From Candidatus Thorarchaeota archaeon (GTDB lineage: Archaea; Asgardarchaeota; Thorarchaeia; Thorarchaeales; Thorarchaeaceae): DNA of 33,995 nucleotides. The notes beneath the pieces were generated by a model. That model worked only from the letters and a program-made list of their open reading frames with translations, was not told where the DNA came from and searched no databases. This document shows positions 1 to 10,095 of the stretch, one piece after another. The translations under genes were made by a program, and so were the position numbers. Numbering within the stretch: the first letter of the stretch is position 1; every line of letters begins with the position of its first letter. The DNA is taken from the NCBI GenBank assembly GCA_029858305.1, contig JAOUFI010000021.1:1-33995 (forward strand), given 5' to 3'.

Positions 1-319
1 TTTCTATAGACAAGGAGTCTATAGTTGTCTGAAGGTTAGAGCCTGTCCATCCATCATCCAAGGATATCGTGCGAATACCTGATGTCGAGGCATCAATTTG
101 GAGACTTCCTCCATATCGATCGGTTGCTATACCTGATAGTGAGACAGGAAGGGCAGGTCCAGTTCCATAGTAGGAGTCTGCGCTAGTCGTATACCTAGGA
201 TTCATATCAGGGTATCCCGAAAAACCATCATTGCTAGGCAATTTTGCATCATTATTGCTTAGAACTGGAAATGTGAAAATCACAATAAGAACTATACATA
301 TCGCAAATCTATGCCTCAT
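1..319 (-). CDS. N-terminal part of a secreted/surface protein (runs off the window), paralogue of the giant protein at 674-10093
   Basis: Not in the ORF track. Manual translation from ATG at 319: MRHRFAICIVLIVIFTFPVLSNND...SYYGTGPALPVSLSGIATD..., open to position 1. Has a basic+hydrophobic signal peptide and shares YxGxGxALxVSLSG with the neighbouring giant protein. Confidence 0.85.
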   Translation of the reverse strand, partial: MRHRFAICIVLIVIFTFPVLSNNDAKLPSNDGFSGYPDMNPRYTTSADSYYGTGPALPVSLSGIATDRYGGSLQIDASTSGIRTISLDDGWTGSNLQTTIDSLSIE

Positions 320-540
320 GATTGGCTTGCCTCCTATTAGCAGGTACGCTTGCGTGCATACGTGATTCAGGATGTTATGACTCTTTATCGCGTGTATATA
401 ACAATTCATAGCGCTTATACTCATTCGCTGGATTGGAGATATGGTCCTTTTTTCGCAATCATGTTTCAATACTTCATGTATTTCGAATCGACAGTCTAGC
501 CACGATAGGAATTTCGATAAAAGTGCGAAAAAAAGACCTG

Positions 541-648
541 TTTGACGAATCTGGGAAACTGTTTGAACACCATGAATTGATATATTCCTTACCAATTTTA
601 GGAGTAACTCCGATTGTTAACTACAGTCATATTCAAATTTGACGAATC
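541..648. repeat. 11-bp direct repeat TTTGACGAATC (541-551 and 638-648) in the divergent intergenic region
   Basis: Exact match read from the sequence; function unknown. Confidence 0.4.
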
Positions 649-673
649 GGATATAGAAATGGGTGCTATTACA

Positions 674-3600
674 ATGAGGAGAAGAAACTTAGTTCCACTA
701 GTCCTGATTACATTCTTCATACTATCTTTAGCGAATCCTTCTGGGTATGATAATGCTTCAAGTATATCACCAACTAATCTGGATTTCTCGGATACAGGTT
801 TCCTCGCTGATGGAGCACCACCCTATACCGGTATCGGATCTGCACTGACGGTATCATTATCCGGTACCTTCGTGAACTCATCACCTTGGACTCAAACAAG
901 CGCAACATTATCTGCACAGCTCACTTTTGGTACATCATTCTCTGCGACCAACGCTAGTACAGTCACATGGACTGCATATGTTCTCGTTTCGCCTCCTGCA
1001 CAAGTTAACACTCTGAGTTTCTCTGTTACATTTCCTGTCACTGATTGGAGAATAGTGTCTGTGACTGACCCTCTGGGTATTATTCAAGCAAATCCAGCTG
1101 ATTGGTATACTGACTATAATCAAGTCATTGTTCGGTCCTCTGCTGTTGACACGCATGGTCTCTGGAAGCTGACATTCGTATCTGCGAACTACCTTAGTGA
1201 TCTCGAGCTGGGACCCTCTGGCGGCCCATATTCTGCAACGGCAACATTTGATACAGGATATACAATGAGATTCATCACCTCAAGTCCTTGGATTACCGGA
1301 GCCTCCGCCGAGTTTGACCTTCTTGATCCCACAGGATCTGTGTGGTATTCTTCAAGCACCACAACATCTGGACCTACAACTCATATGCTTCCCTCTTTCA
1401 GGTACAGCAAGGTCATCACAATTCATAATGAGTATGTGACTGGTGATTTCACAGGATTCCCTGTTTTAATTGATATTCTTGATGCCGACCTTCACACAAA
1501 GGTTCAGTCAGATGGAGATGATATAACCTTCTATTCTGGTGGTGCCATCGTTCCTCATGAGATTGAGCTTTTCAAGCAGAACTATGACTCAACATACGCT
1601 CATCTCGTGGCTTGGGTGAAAGTCAATCTAGCCAATTTCGCAGATGTAGACATCACAATGTATTATGGAAATCCAGTCGTTGGTTCACAGCAGAATCCTG
1701 CTGCTGTCTGGACCTCCAACTATGCTGCTGTTTGGCATCTCAGCGAGCAAGCGACAAATGGACAGACATCAACCGACTTCTCTGACTCAACAGGACATGG
1801 CTACTATGGAGATCAAGTAGGAAATTCAAATACGACTGGCATCTTTGGAACTGGACAGTATTTCGATGGTTCTGACACCATCAATGTTGCATCAGCTCGA
1901 GGACTTAATCCATTTGGGAGTGCGACCATCTCTGGTTGGTTCAAGTTGAATTCTCCAATCAGTGATGTCGTTGGTACCACTCAGGTCATTCTCACCAAGG
2001 CTATTGATGTAGATACAGACATACATGTACTAATTACTGGAAGTGATTGGACTCAAACTTATGTCCCTAAGGGAAAACTCGTATTCAAGATGGAGAAGAG
2101 CGGATTAGGGGCAAAATATGTCTGGTCATCGACAACCAGCTGGTCTGCAGGTAATTGGTATTTCTTTGCCTGTACTTTGAATGTAAATGATCAGTCGCTG
2201 AATAGGGTCTTTGTTAATGGGGTTGAGGAATATGGAGGTGCATATGGTAGTTCAACTGGAAATCTTGTATTTAATGCTCCTTGGAAGATTGGAGGAGGAT
2301 TTGTGGAGTATGTGCCTGGTCAGCAGGGTTGGTTCCAAGGAGTTATTGATGAAGTTCGGGTTGCTACTACACTCAAATCACCTCAATGGATTCAGACAGA
2401 GTGGTTGATGTACCAATCATCCTCGAGTTTCCGTACAATTGCTTCACCTTCTACTCAGACTTCTCCTGAGATGTACATAGAGAAATTAGTTGATGCTGAT
2501 TTTCCAGCAGGGCTCTGGACTGTTTCAACTCATTATAATGATTCTGGAAGTACAGTCAATTATAGAGTTGGAGAATATCAACGTAACTTCATTATTAGAC
2601 GAGCCTCAACTCTAGAGATTGATTCTCCAAGCGATGCCGCTGCTGGTCTAGAAGAGCTGACTGTCGGTGATTTACTCTATCTTGTGGTTGACCTCTCTGA
2701 CACTGGTACTGGTGCTCCTATCACTGAAGCGACAGTATCAATGAATTGGACAGTTGCTGGTTCAGCAACGACCGTATATTTTGAAGATCTTGGCGACGGA
2801 AGATACTCTATTGCCAGAAACACTTCAGAATTGAGTGACAGAACTCGATGGCTGATAAACATCGACTCATCTCACCAATATTATTTCGATGACTCAACCT
2901 CGTTCAATCTTGATCTCTTCCATCCAACTCAGCTTACTTATGAATGGGTATCGACTACTCCTGTTGGTTTTGATTTCACTGCAACGCTTGTCTACCGTGA
3001 TACATGGGATGGATCATTAATCTCTGGGGCTACGATTACCTTTGATGATGGTTCTCCAGTTACAACAATACCTTGGGGTGTAGGTCGCTATAACATCTCT
3101 ATTCCAACTGGAGCTCTCTCAAAGGGGCTTTATTATTACACCTTCAATGCAACTAATAATGCTGCCCTCTATGAAGTTGCTTCTGTTGAGGTTTCATTCC
3201 AATTGCGAGCTCATTATACTGCAGTTTCAGTATCTGGAAACCTGATTACTCCTTACGGAGATGATACAATAGTCAACATTGTTCTTATTGATCTTGATAC
3301 TAGAGAAACACTAGATGCTTCTGTAGTGGATTCATTATCCTTTGCTTCAATAGAAGGAACGCAGTCTGAGCTAAGTGTTTTCAATCTGGTTGGAATGACT
3401 CTAGATACAAACACTTGGGTTGTTGGATTGCACTCGGTAAATCTTACAGTTCTCATGTCTGATACTGATTATGATGCTCCAGATATCTACACATTTGATG
3501 TTGCTATTAGGAATCACTTGACCTCAGCTAATGTCGTTGGAAATCTTACGACAGCATTTGGAGCTAATACTACTCTAACTGTGTCTCTCACAGATTTGGA

Positions 3601-6600
3601 TGGAGGGGTAATAGTCATCGGAGCTGTCAGTTCGTTCACGTTCTCATCTTCTCAACCACCAATCCAGATTTACAATAATCCAAGCAGTTTCACGATTATT
3701 CTGGATACAGATAACTGGCCTGTATCAACCATTATTGTGACCCTGGCTGTTGACCTATCTGGTAACTATGATGATCCAGCGAATTATATATTCTCAATAA
3801 CCATCAGAAAGCTTCAGACGACGCTCTATAACGCGCCTAATGATCTCGTGTTCACTCAAGGATCTGATTTCACGGTTGATGTTCATTTCAATGTTAGCGA
3901 ATCTGGAACTTACTATGGATGGCCTATTAATGGAGAATCAGGACAGTTTGTAGTAACGAGTAGTCTTACTCTGAGTGGAACTACAGTATCCCCTCTCGGG
4001 AATGGCATGTACAGTATTATGATTCCATGGAGTAATTTTGATGGTCAAGGAACTGACTTCACAATCAATGTCATTGTCACTCCTGGCAGCAGTCTATATG
4101 CTTCAGCTGGCTGTGTAATCTCATTCAGGTATCGTGCAATCATCAGTGACCTAACTGCAAATCTCTACACGATTTCAACGCCATACAACAAGGATGTTAC
4201 TCTTCATCTTTACTATACTGATCGTGATAGTGGAACAGGAATCACTACCGCTACATTTTCCGTAAATCCTGATATTCTGATTTCTGCAATTCATGTATCA
4301 AATGGTGACTATCTTGTAACTCTGGACTCATCTTCACTAGCTATTGGTTCTCACGAAATCAACCTTACAGCAAGTGCATCGGTCTATGAAGATAGGTGGG
4401 TTATAATTACAATTATTGTCACTCAGATTCATACTGATGCTGAGCCTTCAACAATTCGCCTGGAGATACCCTCAGGAAATACTAAGATCTTCACGATTGC
4501 CTGGACCGATCTTGATAACTCCCTTCCAATTCAAACAACAATCGGAAATATTGCAAACAATTGGAATGGGACAGCACCCTCAATCGTATGGACCGGAACT
4601 CAGTATCAAATTACATTTGTGACTACAACTTCTGATGCACTAGGCATTTACCTTCTCTGGTTCAACTTTACCAAAGGTGCGGAGTATCAACCAGGATATT
4701 GTGAGATTCAGATTGAAATTCGGAGTCATGATACGATTCTTACAGCAGAGACTCCTCCACCAACAGCTTACAATTCAATCATCAATATCACGGTCTTTTA
4801 TTACGATTTCGATAATAAGGTTGGCATCAAAAATGCACTCGTAGATTTCTATGTTGAAAATGCGACAGGTGTTGTAAGTTCAAGCTATGCGTACAACCTG
4901 ATTTTAGGGGATGGATTCTACACAATCTCTATCCCTGCCTCCCAATTCGGTTTGGGCCCTCAGACATTCACTATCTATGTGGAATGGATTGGAGTCATAC
5001 AACAATATGAAAACAACGTTGCTGTCGTTTCTACCAACATCATCGGTGTTGACTGTCTCTTGATTTTAGTTACTGCGTCAGATCCTTCATCATATCTTGA
5101 GATTATGATCTACGAATTCCTTTACAGTGAGAAGGATAGCGGTATTGGAATCACAAATTCATTTGACCAGGGATATGGTACTGGTCATGTCGATATCTCT
5201 GTAGTATTTGATGTTCCCTTTGATATGGGTAAGGTGACAATCACCGAAGTCGATCCAGTAACAAATCCTGGACTCTATAGAATTGAGATAGACACCACAG
5301 GATTCGGAGATATTGGCCAGTTTACTATGACTATAACTATCGATTGGACTGGAACCGAACCATTCTATTCAACTCTCGAAGACTCTGTTTCTGTGTGGGT
5401 GCTTTCACGAGCTACTCTTCTTCTCATCAATCCTCCATCACCAGAGAGCTATGGAGAAATTGCAAGCTTTTCATTCCGTTGGGAAGATACAGGTCTTGGC
5501 ACAGACATTCTAGATTCGACAGAACTGAATATCTCAATGGATATTACATTCATCTATGTTCACAACGCTGGACTATTCACAATTACATTCGACACAAGTC
5601 AATTTGGTAGCATTGGAGTCCATGTTATAACTCTGAATGTCACATGGGCTGGCGAACCATTTTATAGCAATAAGACGAACCGCTTGGTTTCCATCAATGT
5701 TCTAGCCAGACAAACTGTTCTTGATTATCCAACTCCCGATCCTACTTTCTATGGTGATAATGTAACTATAACAGTAACTTGGACTGATGTGACCAATGGT
5801 GGCAGCAATGGCATTTTGGGAGCAACGATTACTGTTACTGATAACTATGGCGTAATTAATCCAAGTCTATACGACGTGAGAGAATATGCTGGAGGAGTAT
5901 ATGAGATTGAGTTTAGTACCTCACGATATGCTTCTACAGGGCTATGGAATATTTCTGTTCAAGTCCATGTTCCTGTAAGTTATATTGCTGATAGGCAGAT
6001 AGCAAGAAACCTTGATCTCCGTGAACGTAGAACAATCCTCTCCTATGAGGCAGTTGGCAAGATTGCATATGGTAATCCAATTGAATTCATTTTATACTAC
6101 GAGGATTTGTATACAACTGCCATCATAGGAAATGGAACAGGAGCTGCGACTCTAGAGATTCTTACTGCCGGTAGTTGGAGTTTCACAAGTACATGGAATG
6201 CAACTAATTCAAGATATGATGTTGTAATTTACTCCTATCCCGCATACAGTATTGGAGTGCCTTTCAATGTAATTTTCAGAATGAGTTATTCCAATATCAT
6301 ACCCTTCTATGCAGATGATGACCTGACAGCGTCCTTCGAATTACGAGAACGACTCTCACTGCTGTCCCTCGAAGTCGCACCTAGTCCTACACCGTACTTG
6401 GATTATTCAGTATTTCAAGTTCAATTCCTTGATGTAGATAGTGACTCAGGTATAGCCGCTGATGATATTCAGGTGTACTTTGGTGCAACACCTTTGGCAT
6501 ATGGGTCTGAGGGCTATCAATATTCTTCATTGAGTAGTGGTCTTTACGAGATTTCTGTAAACTCTACTATATTTGGATCATTAGGTCAATTCTCAGTTAC

Positions 6601-9600
6601 GGTCTATGCCTATTGGTCTTCTGGGGCGCCTTATCATGGTGATGCGAATACACCTGTGAAAATTCGTGTGACAACTCGGGACACCATTGTCGATATCACT
6701 ACTCCGCCTCCTCAGACACCATTCCTTGATAATGTGATTTTTGCCTTTGAATACGTTGATCTCTTTAGTGGAAATGCCATAACATCGATTCTTGCCACAG
6801 ATATCTCCCTGTATAAGAATGGTACACTTGTTAGTTCAGGAGATTACACATTGACACCCTCGGGATCTGAATTCATACTCACAGTGGACTCTGAAATCCT
6901 TGGTTCAACACTGGGTAGATATAACCTAACAATTGTTGTTAATTGGAATGAACTCACTAGTCCTTTTTATGTGGATGCTCCAGCTACGATATGGGCATCA
7001 GTAACCACAAGAACTCTCAGTTTTGCACTTGATCCCTTTGACAAAACTCGATATGGTGACCTTTTCAACATCACCTTTATACTCTCAGACATGGCCAATG
7101 CAGCCCTTGTTGATGGTGCTGTGATATCATTCTCGTGTCAAACAGTGATTCTAAATTCCTCAGATTACAGCATCACTAAAGTGGGTGATGGAAGTGGAGA
7201 GTATATAGTTCGTGTCAACACACTTGCTCTTTTACAGCCTGGAACATACAAGTTCAATCTTAACATTGGATGGAACTCTGCAACAGCTCCGTATTATAGA
7301 CCCATGAATCCTATAGTATTGACCGGAGTAGTAAGCAACATTGCAACAGAACTGATTCCTCTCTCAGACCAAGTTACAGTTGGTTGGAAAGAAAATGCCT
7401 CAATCACTCTGGACTATCGGAATTTGCTCTGGATGAATCTGACCTCTGGTGCCACGGTTACGTGGACATGGCTCTATGGGGTTGGTGAGTTGGGTGAAAT
7501 TGCGTTCAAAGGAAATTATACTGGTGTAATTAGCACCTCATTAGCCAATGCTGGAACATATATTATAACAATTGTAGCATCAAAAGATTATTTCGAGACC
7601 GCGCGTGCTTACATTACTCTCGTTATTCAGCCTATACCCTCAAAGATATCTCCAATCAATCCTCCATCAGGTTCAATCGCAATACCTAGAGGGAGCAGCC
7701 TTAGTATTACTATCTACTTGGAAGATGTCAATAATATTCTACCAATTCCTGACACCTACAAGGTTTCACTGATAGCTATATTTGTAGAGCAAGTATTCAA
7801 CTTTACTTATAACGGTACTCCGGGATATTATACTACAATACTCCCAGCAAATGGTCCCACAATACAGTCTCAAGGTACATACTCGTTGCTGATTCAAGCA
7901 CGTTTCGATAACTTCGCACCTAGTTCGTTCATTTTCAATATTGAACTGCAGGCATCCAGAACTGAAATTCTGTTATCTGGCGATACAAGTGAGGATATGT
8001 CTGTAACCTATTCTAAAACTGTCACTTTCACAGCAAATCTGACAAAACCGGATTTCGGTGGGGAGCTCTTTGCCAATGCAACTTTGAGATGGATTATAGA
8101 TGCACGAGGCTGGAGTGGCTATTTCGAACCCAATGGTGATGGAACCTTCTATGCTGAATTGGATACTACTTCACTTGGTTTTGGCATTTGGCCAGTCCGA
8201 ATTCAAGCCAATGTGTGGGCTAATTCATCTGAATTCACTGACTCGTCTGCACAACTGACTCTTACTATCACTAGGATACAGACTGATGTGATTCGCCCGA
8301 CGGGTCTCGATGTTGCCTGGGGCTGGAAGGGCAACCTCACATTCATCTATAATGGAACTTTCGGTCCAATCGAAGGTGCATTAGTTGAGGATCCCCGTGG
8401 TGGAATATTGACTGGTATGCTCTATGAATTGCCTGGTGGTGTGTATATGGTCGAAGTTGATACAACTCTAGCTAGTCCAGGCATTTTCACCGTCACAATG
8501 TTATTCCAAAAGGAGAATTATCAAGATGCTCCTGTTGGAATACAGTTCATTGTTCGCCCTGCAGATACTGAAATCTTTGTCAGCTCGGTGAGTTATACGC
8601 CCACGTATGAACAAGTCCTTGAGGATCTTAGGAACCTGCAAATTCCCCTTGGCGACATTGTCACAATCGAATTCTACTACAATGATACTGATACAGGCAA
8701 CGAATTTGTAGGTGGGCTTGCGGGAGCGTTGAGTACCGAGAACAGCTATCTGAGAGGAATCTCTATAGAGAGCTCTCTCAATATCACCGTCTTGGATCTT
8801 GGAGGTGGACTTTACAGAGTCATCTTTGATACTACAGATGTAGACATTGACGCTATTGTTTCCTCCGAACCTTACAGATTATACATTGAGATGAGTCTCG
8901 CCAATAGGACGAATGCTGAGATTCTATTCCGAATTACTGTCATTGATATCCCAACGAGGCTGTCTATCCTCAACGAACAGCCAATCTGGAATCTTGTTAA
9001 TGGAGAATCTCTCACAATCGTGCTCCAATATTGGGATACCTGGCATAATATAGGAATTGAAGGAGTTCATTTCTCTGTAAATGCAAGTAGAGGAGCTCCC
9101 TTTACAGTTTCAATGCAAGAGGACATCATACCTGGACAATATCTTGTAGTCGTTAGTGCAACTGGTATTAAACTCACACCTGGATCCGGTTCAATTACAG
9201 TTATGATTGGCGATGGAGTATACACAATTGGCGAACATGCACTAATCGTTGAAGTTCTTCAAAATGACTTCGATATAATAATGACCAATGCAATAACATT
9301 CGGTCTGCCAATTGGATTAGTTGTCTTATTACTTGGATTTGCGTATGTTCGTGTCTGGAGTGTTCCCAAACGACTGCGTCAGATTAATGCACAAATCAAT
9401 TCAGTTCGCAAAGGAAAGATACCAAAACCTGTTGTTGAGGCGAAGAATCGACAAGAGCTTATTGCTGACCTATTCAATGATACTTACGCGAAAGTTGGGA
9501 TCGTCAGAACACCTGACGATATGCCAGAAGAGTCGGTTCCTGTTCAAGTACCCGAATTGGGTGAGCTACTAATACAGCTCGCTATACTGACCAATCTAAA

Positions 9601-10093
9601 CGCTCAGGAACTCGATGACTTCAAGGCTGATATCTCAAAGATGAAGATGAGTGAGCAGGCTGCCTTTGTGAAAGAGGTCATCATGCAAGAGGCTATTCGT
9701 ACCGCGCGCAGAGACCACAAGAGTGTGGAATTGGTTATTGCTGAGGTTCAAGCTGATGCAGTTAGACGTGTTGCTGGAGGAGTTGAGGACCTTATCAAGG
9801 AAGAAAAAGAGGTCGAACCAGAGGCGGAACGTGTGATTCTTCCATCTGCAAAGGAACCAGTTACTCCTCGACCAGGCACTAGATTCGAAGAACCTGAAGC
9901 TCCCAAGGATGAGGAAGCCGAAATACCAAGTGACCGTCTAAGTCCATTTGAGATTGAGGAGCTGAAGAAAAACCTGGAAACGAGGGGTATTCCTCCCCAC
10001 GAGATTGATACAATCTTGAAACAGGCTCGGCAGCTGCCACGTGACTTGGTAGAAGAACTAATACGAAGCCTTGAGAAGAAGCGAGAGTCATAG
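674..10093 (+). CDS. Giant (~3,139 aa) single-pass surface glycoprotein: DUF2341 + LamG-like domain, ~20 Ig-like repeats, TM helix, ~240-aa cytoplasmic tail
   Basis: Start moved from 614 to ATG 674 because MRRRNLVPLVLITFFILSLA is a signal peptide. DUF2341-like segment (FPVL...DGDDITF...HEIE...AWVKV...MYYGNP), LamG-like segment (VWHLSE...TISGWFK...FQGVIDEVRV), recurring GxY[STREL]I motifs about every 100 aa, many NxS/T sequons, TM AITFGLPIGLVVLLLGFAYV near 9290-9350. Confidence 0.9.
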   Translation: MRRRNLVPLVLITFFILSLANPSGYDNASSISPTNLDFSDTGFLADGAPPYTGIGSALTVSLSGTFVNSSPWTQTSATLSAQLTFGTSFSATNASTVTWTAYVLVSPPAQVNTLSFSVTFPVTDWRIVSVTDPLGIIQANPADWYTDYNQVIVRSSAVDTHGLWKLTFVSANYLSDLELGPSGGPYSATATFDTGYTMRFITSSPWITGASAEFDLLDPTGSVWYSSSTTTSGPTTHMLPSFRYSKVITIHNEYVTGDFTGFPVLIDILDADLHTKVQSDGDDITFYSGGAIVPHEIELFKQNYDSTYAHLVAWVKVNLANFADVDITMYYGNPVVGSQQNPAAVWTSNYAAVWHLSEQATNGQTSTDFSDSTGHGYYGDQVGNSNTTGIFGTGQYFDGSDTINVASARGLNPFGSATISGWFKLNSPISDVVGTTQVILTKAIDVDTDIHVLITGSDWTQTYVPKGKLVFKMEKSGLGAKYVWSSTTSWSAGNWYFFACTLNVNDQSLNRVFVNGVEEYGGAYGSSTGNLVFNAPWKIGGGFVEYVPGQQGWFQGVIDEVRVATTLKSPQWIQTEWLMYQSSSSFRTIASPSTQTSPEMYIEKLVDADFPAGLWTVSTHYNDSGSTVNYRVGEYQRNFIIRRASTLEIDSPSDAAAGLEELTVGDLLYLVVDLSDTGTGAPITEATVSMNWTVAGSATTVYFEDLGDGRYSIARNTSELSDRTRWLINIDSSHQYYFDDSTSFNLDLFHPTQLTYEWVSTTPVGFDFTATLVYRDTWDGSLISGATITFDDGSPVTTIPWGVGRYNISIPTGALSKGLYYYTFNATNNAALYEVASVEVSFQLRAHYTAVSVSGNLITPYGDDTIVNIVLIDLDTRETLDASVVDSLSFASIEGTQSELSVFNLVGMTLDTNTWVVGLHSVNLTVLMSDTDYDAPDIYTFDVAIRNHLTSANVVGNLTTAFGANTTLTVSLTDLDGGVIVIGAVSSFTFSSSQPPIQIYNNPSSFTIILDTDNWPVSTIIVTLAVDLSGNYDDPANYIFSITIRKLQTTLYNAPNDLVFTQGSDFTVDVHFNVSESGTYYGWPINGESGQFVVTSSLTLSGTTVSPLGNGMYSIMIPWSNFDGQGTDFTINVIVTPGSSLYASAGCVISFRYRAIISDLTANLYTISTPYNKDVTLHLYYTDRDSGTGITTATFSVNPDILISAIHVSNGDYLVTLDSSSLAIGSHEINLTASASVYEDRWVIITIIVTQIHTDAEPSTIRLEIPSGNTKIFTIAWTDLDNSLPIQTTIGNIANNWNGTAPSIVWTGTQYQITFVTTTSDALGIYLLWFNFTKGAEYQPGYCEIQIEIRSHDTILTAETPPPTAYNSIINITVFYYDFDNKVGIKNALVDFYVENATGVVSSSYAYNLILGDGFYTISIPASQFGLGPQTFTIYVEWIGVIQQYENNVAVVSTNIIGVDCLLILVTASDPSSYLEIMIYEFLYSEKDSGIGITNSFDQGYGTGHVDISVVFDVPFDMGKVTITEVDPVTNPGLYRIEIDTTGFGDIGQFTMTITIDWTGTEPFYSTLEDSVSVWVLSRATLLLINPPSPESYGEIASFSFRWEDTGLGTDILDSTELNISMDITFIYVHNAGLFTITFDTSQFGSIGVHVITLNVTWAGEPFYSNKTNRLVSINVLARQTVLDYPTPDPTFYGDNVTITVTWTDVTNGGSNGILGATITVTDNYGVINPSLYDVREYAGGVYEIEFSTSRYASTGLWNISVQVHVPVSYIADRQIARNLDLRERRTILSYEAVGKIAYGNPIEFILYYEDLYTTAIIGNGTGAATLEILTAGSWSFTSTWNATNSRYDVVIYSYPAYSIGVPFNVIFRMSYSNIIPFYADDDLTASFELRERLSLLSLEVAPSPTPYLDYSVFQVQFLDVDSDSGIAADDIQVYFGATPLAYGSEGYQYSSLSSGLYEISVNSTIFGSLGQFSVTVYAYWSSGAPYHGDANTPVKIRVTTRDTIVDITTPPPQTPFLDNVIFAFEYVDLFSGNAITSILATDISLYKNGTLVSSGDYTLTPSGSEFILTVDSEILGSTLGRYNLTIVVNWNELTSPFYVDAPATIWASVTTRTLSFALDPFDKTRYGDLFNITFILSDMANAALVDGAVISFSCQTVILNSSDYSITKVGDGSGEYIVRVNTLALLQPGTYKFNLNIGWNSATAPYYRPMNPIVLTGVVSNIATELIPLSDQVTVGWKENASITLDYRNLLWMNLTSGATVTWTWLYGVGELGEIAFKGNYTGVISTSLANAGTYIITIVASKDYFETARAYITLVIQPIPSKISPINPPSGSIAIPRGSSLSITIYLEDVNNILPIPDTYKVSLIAIFVEQVFNFTYNGTPGYYTTILPANGPTIQSQGTYSLLIQARFDNFAPSSFIFNIELQASRTEILLSGDTSEDMSVTYSKTVTFTANLTKPDFGGELFANATLRWIIDARGWSGYFEPNGDGTFYAELDTTSLGFGIWPVRIQANVWANSSEFTDSSAQLTLTITRIQTDVIRPTGLDVAWGWKGNLTFIYNGTFGPIEGALVEDPRGGILTGMLYELPGGVYMVEVDTTLASPGIFTVTMLFQKENYQDAPVGIQFIVRPADTEIFVSSVSYTPTYEQVLEDLRNLQIPLGDIVTIEFYYNDTDTGNEFVGGLAGALSTENSYLRGISIESSLNITVLDLGGGLYRVIFDTTDVDIDAIVSSEPYRLYIEMSLANRTNAEILFRITVIDIPTRLSILNEQPIWNLVNGESLTIVLQYWDTWHNIGIEGVHFSVNASRGAPFTVSMQEDIIPGQYLVVVSATGIKLTPGSGSITVMIGDGVYTIGEHALIVEVLQNDFDIIMTNAITFGLPIGLVVLLLGFAYVRVWSVPKRLRQINAQINSVRKGKIPKPVVEAKNRQELIADLFNDTYAKVGIVRTPDDMPEESVPVQVPELGELLIQLAILTNLNAQELDDFKADISKMKMSEQAAFVKEVIMQEAIRTARRDHKSVELVIAEVQADAVRRVAGGVEDLIKEEKEVEPEAERVILPSAKEPVTPRPGTRFEEPEAPKDEEAEIPSDRLSPFEIEELKKNLETRGIPPHEIDTILKQARQLPRDLVEELIRSLEKKRES

Positions 10094-10095
10094 CA

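Noticed and set aside
433-642. 69-aa ORF in the divergent promoter region, and other short ORFs nested in or antisense to long genes
   Set aside because: No recognisable motifs; they overlap well-supported genes or promoter space and are best explained as shadow ORFs.
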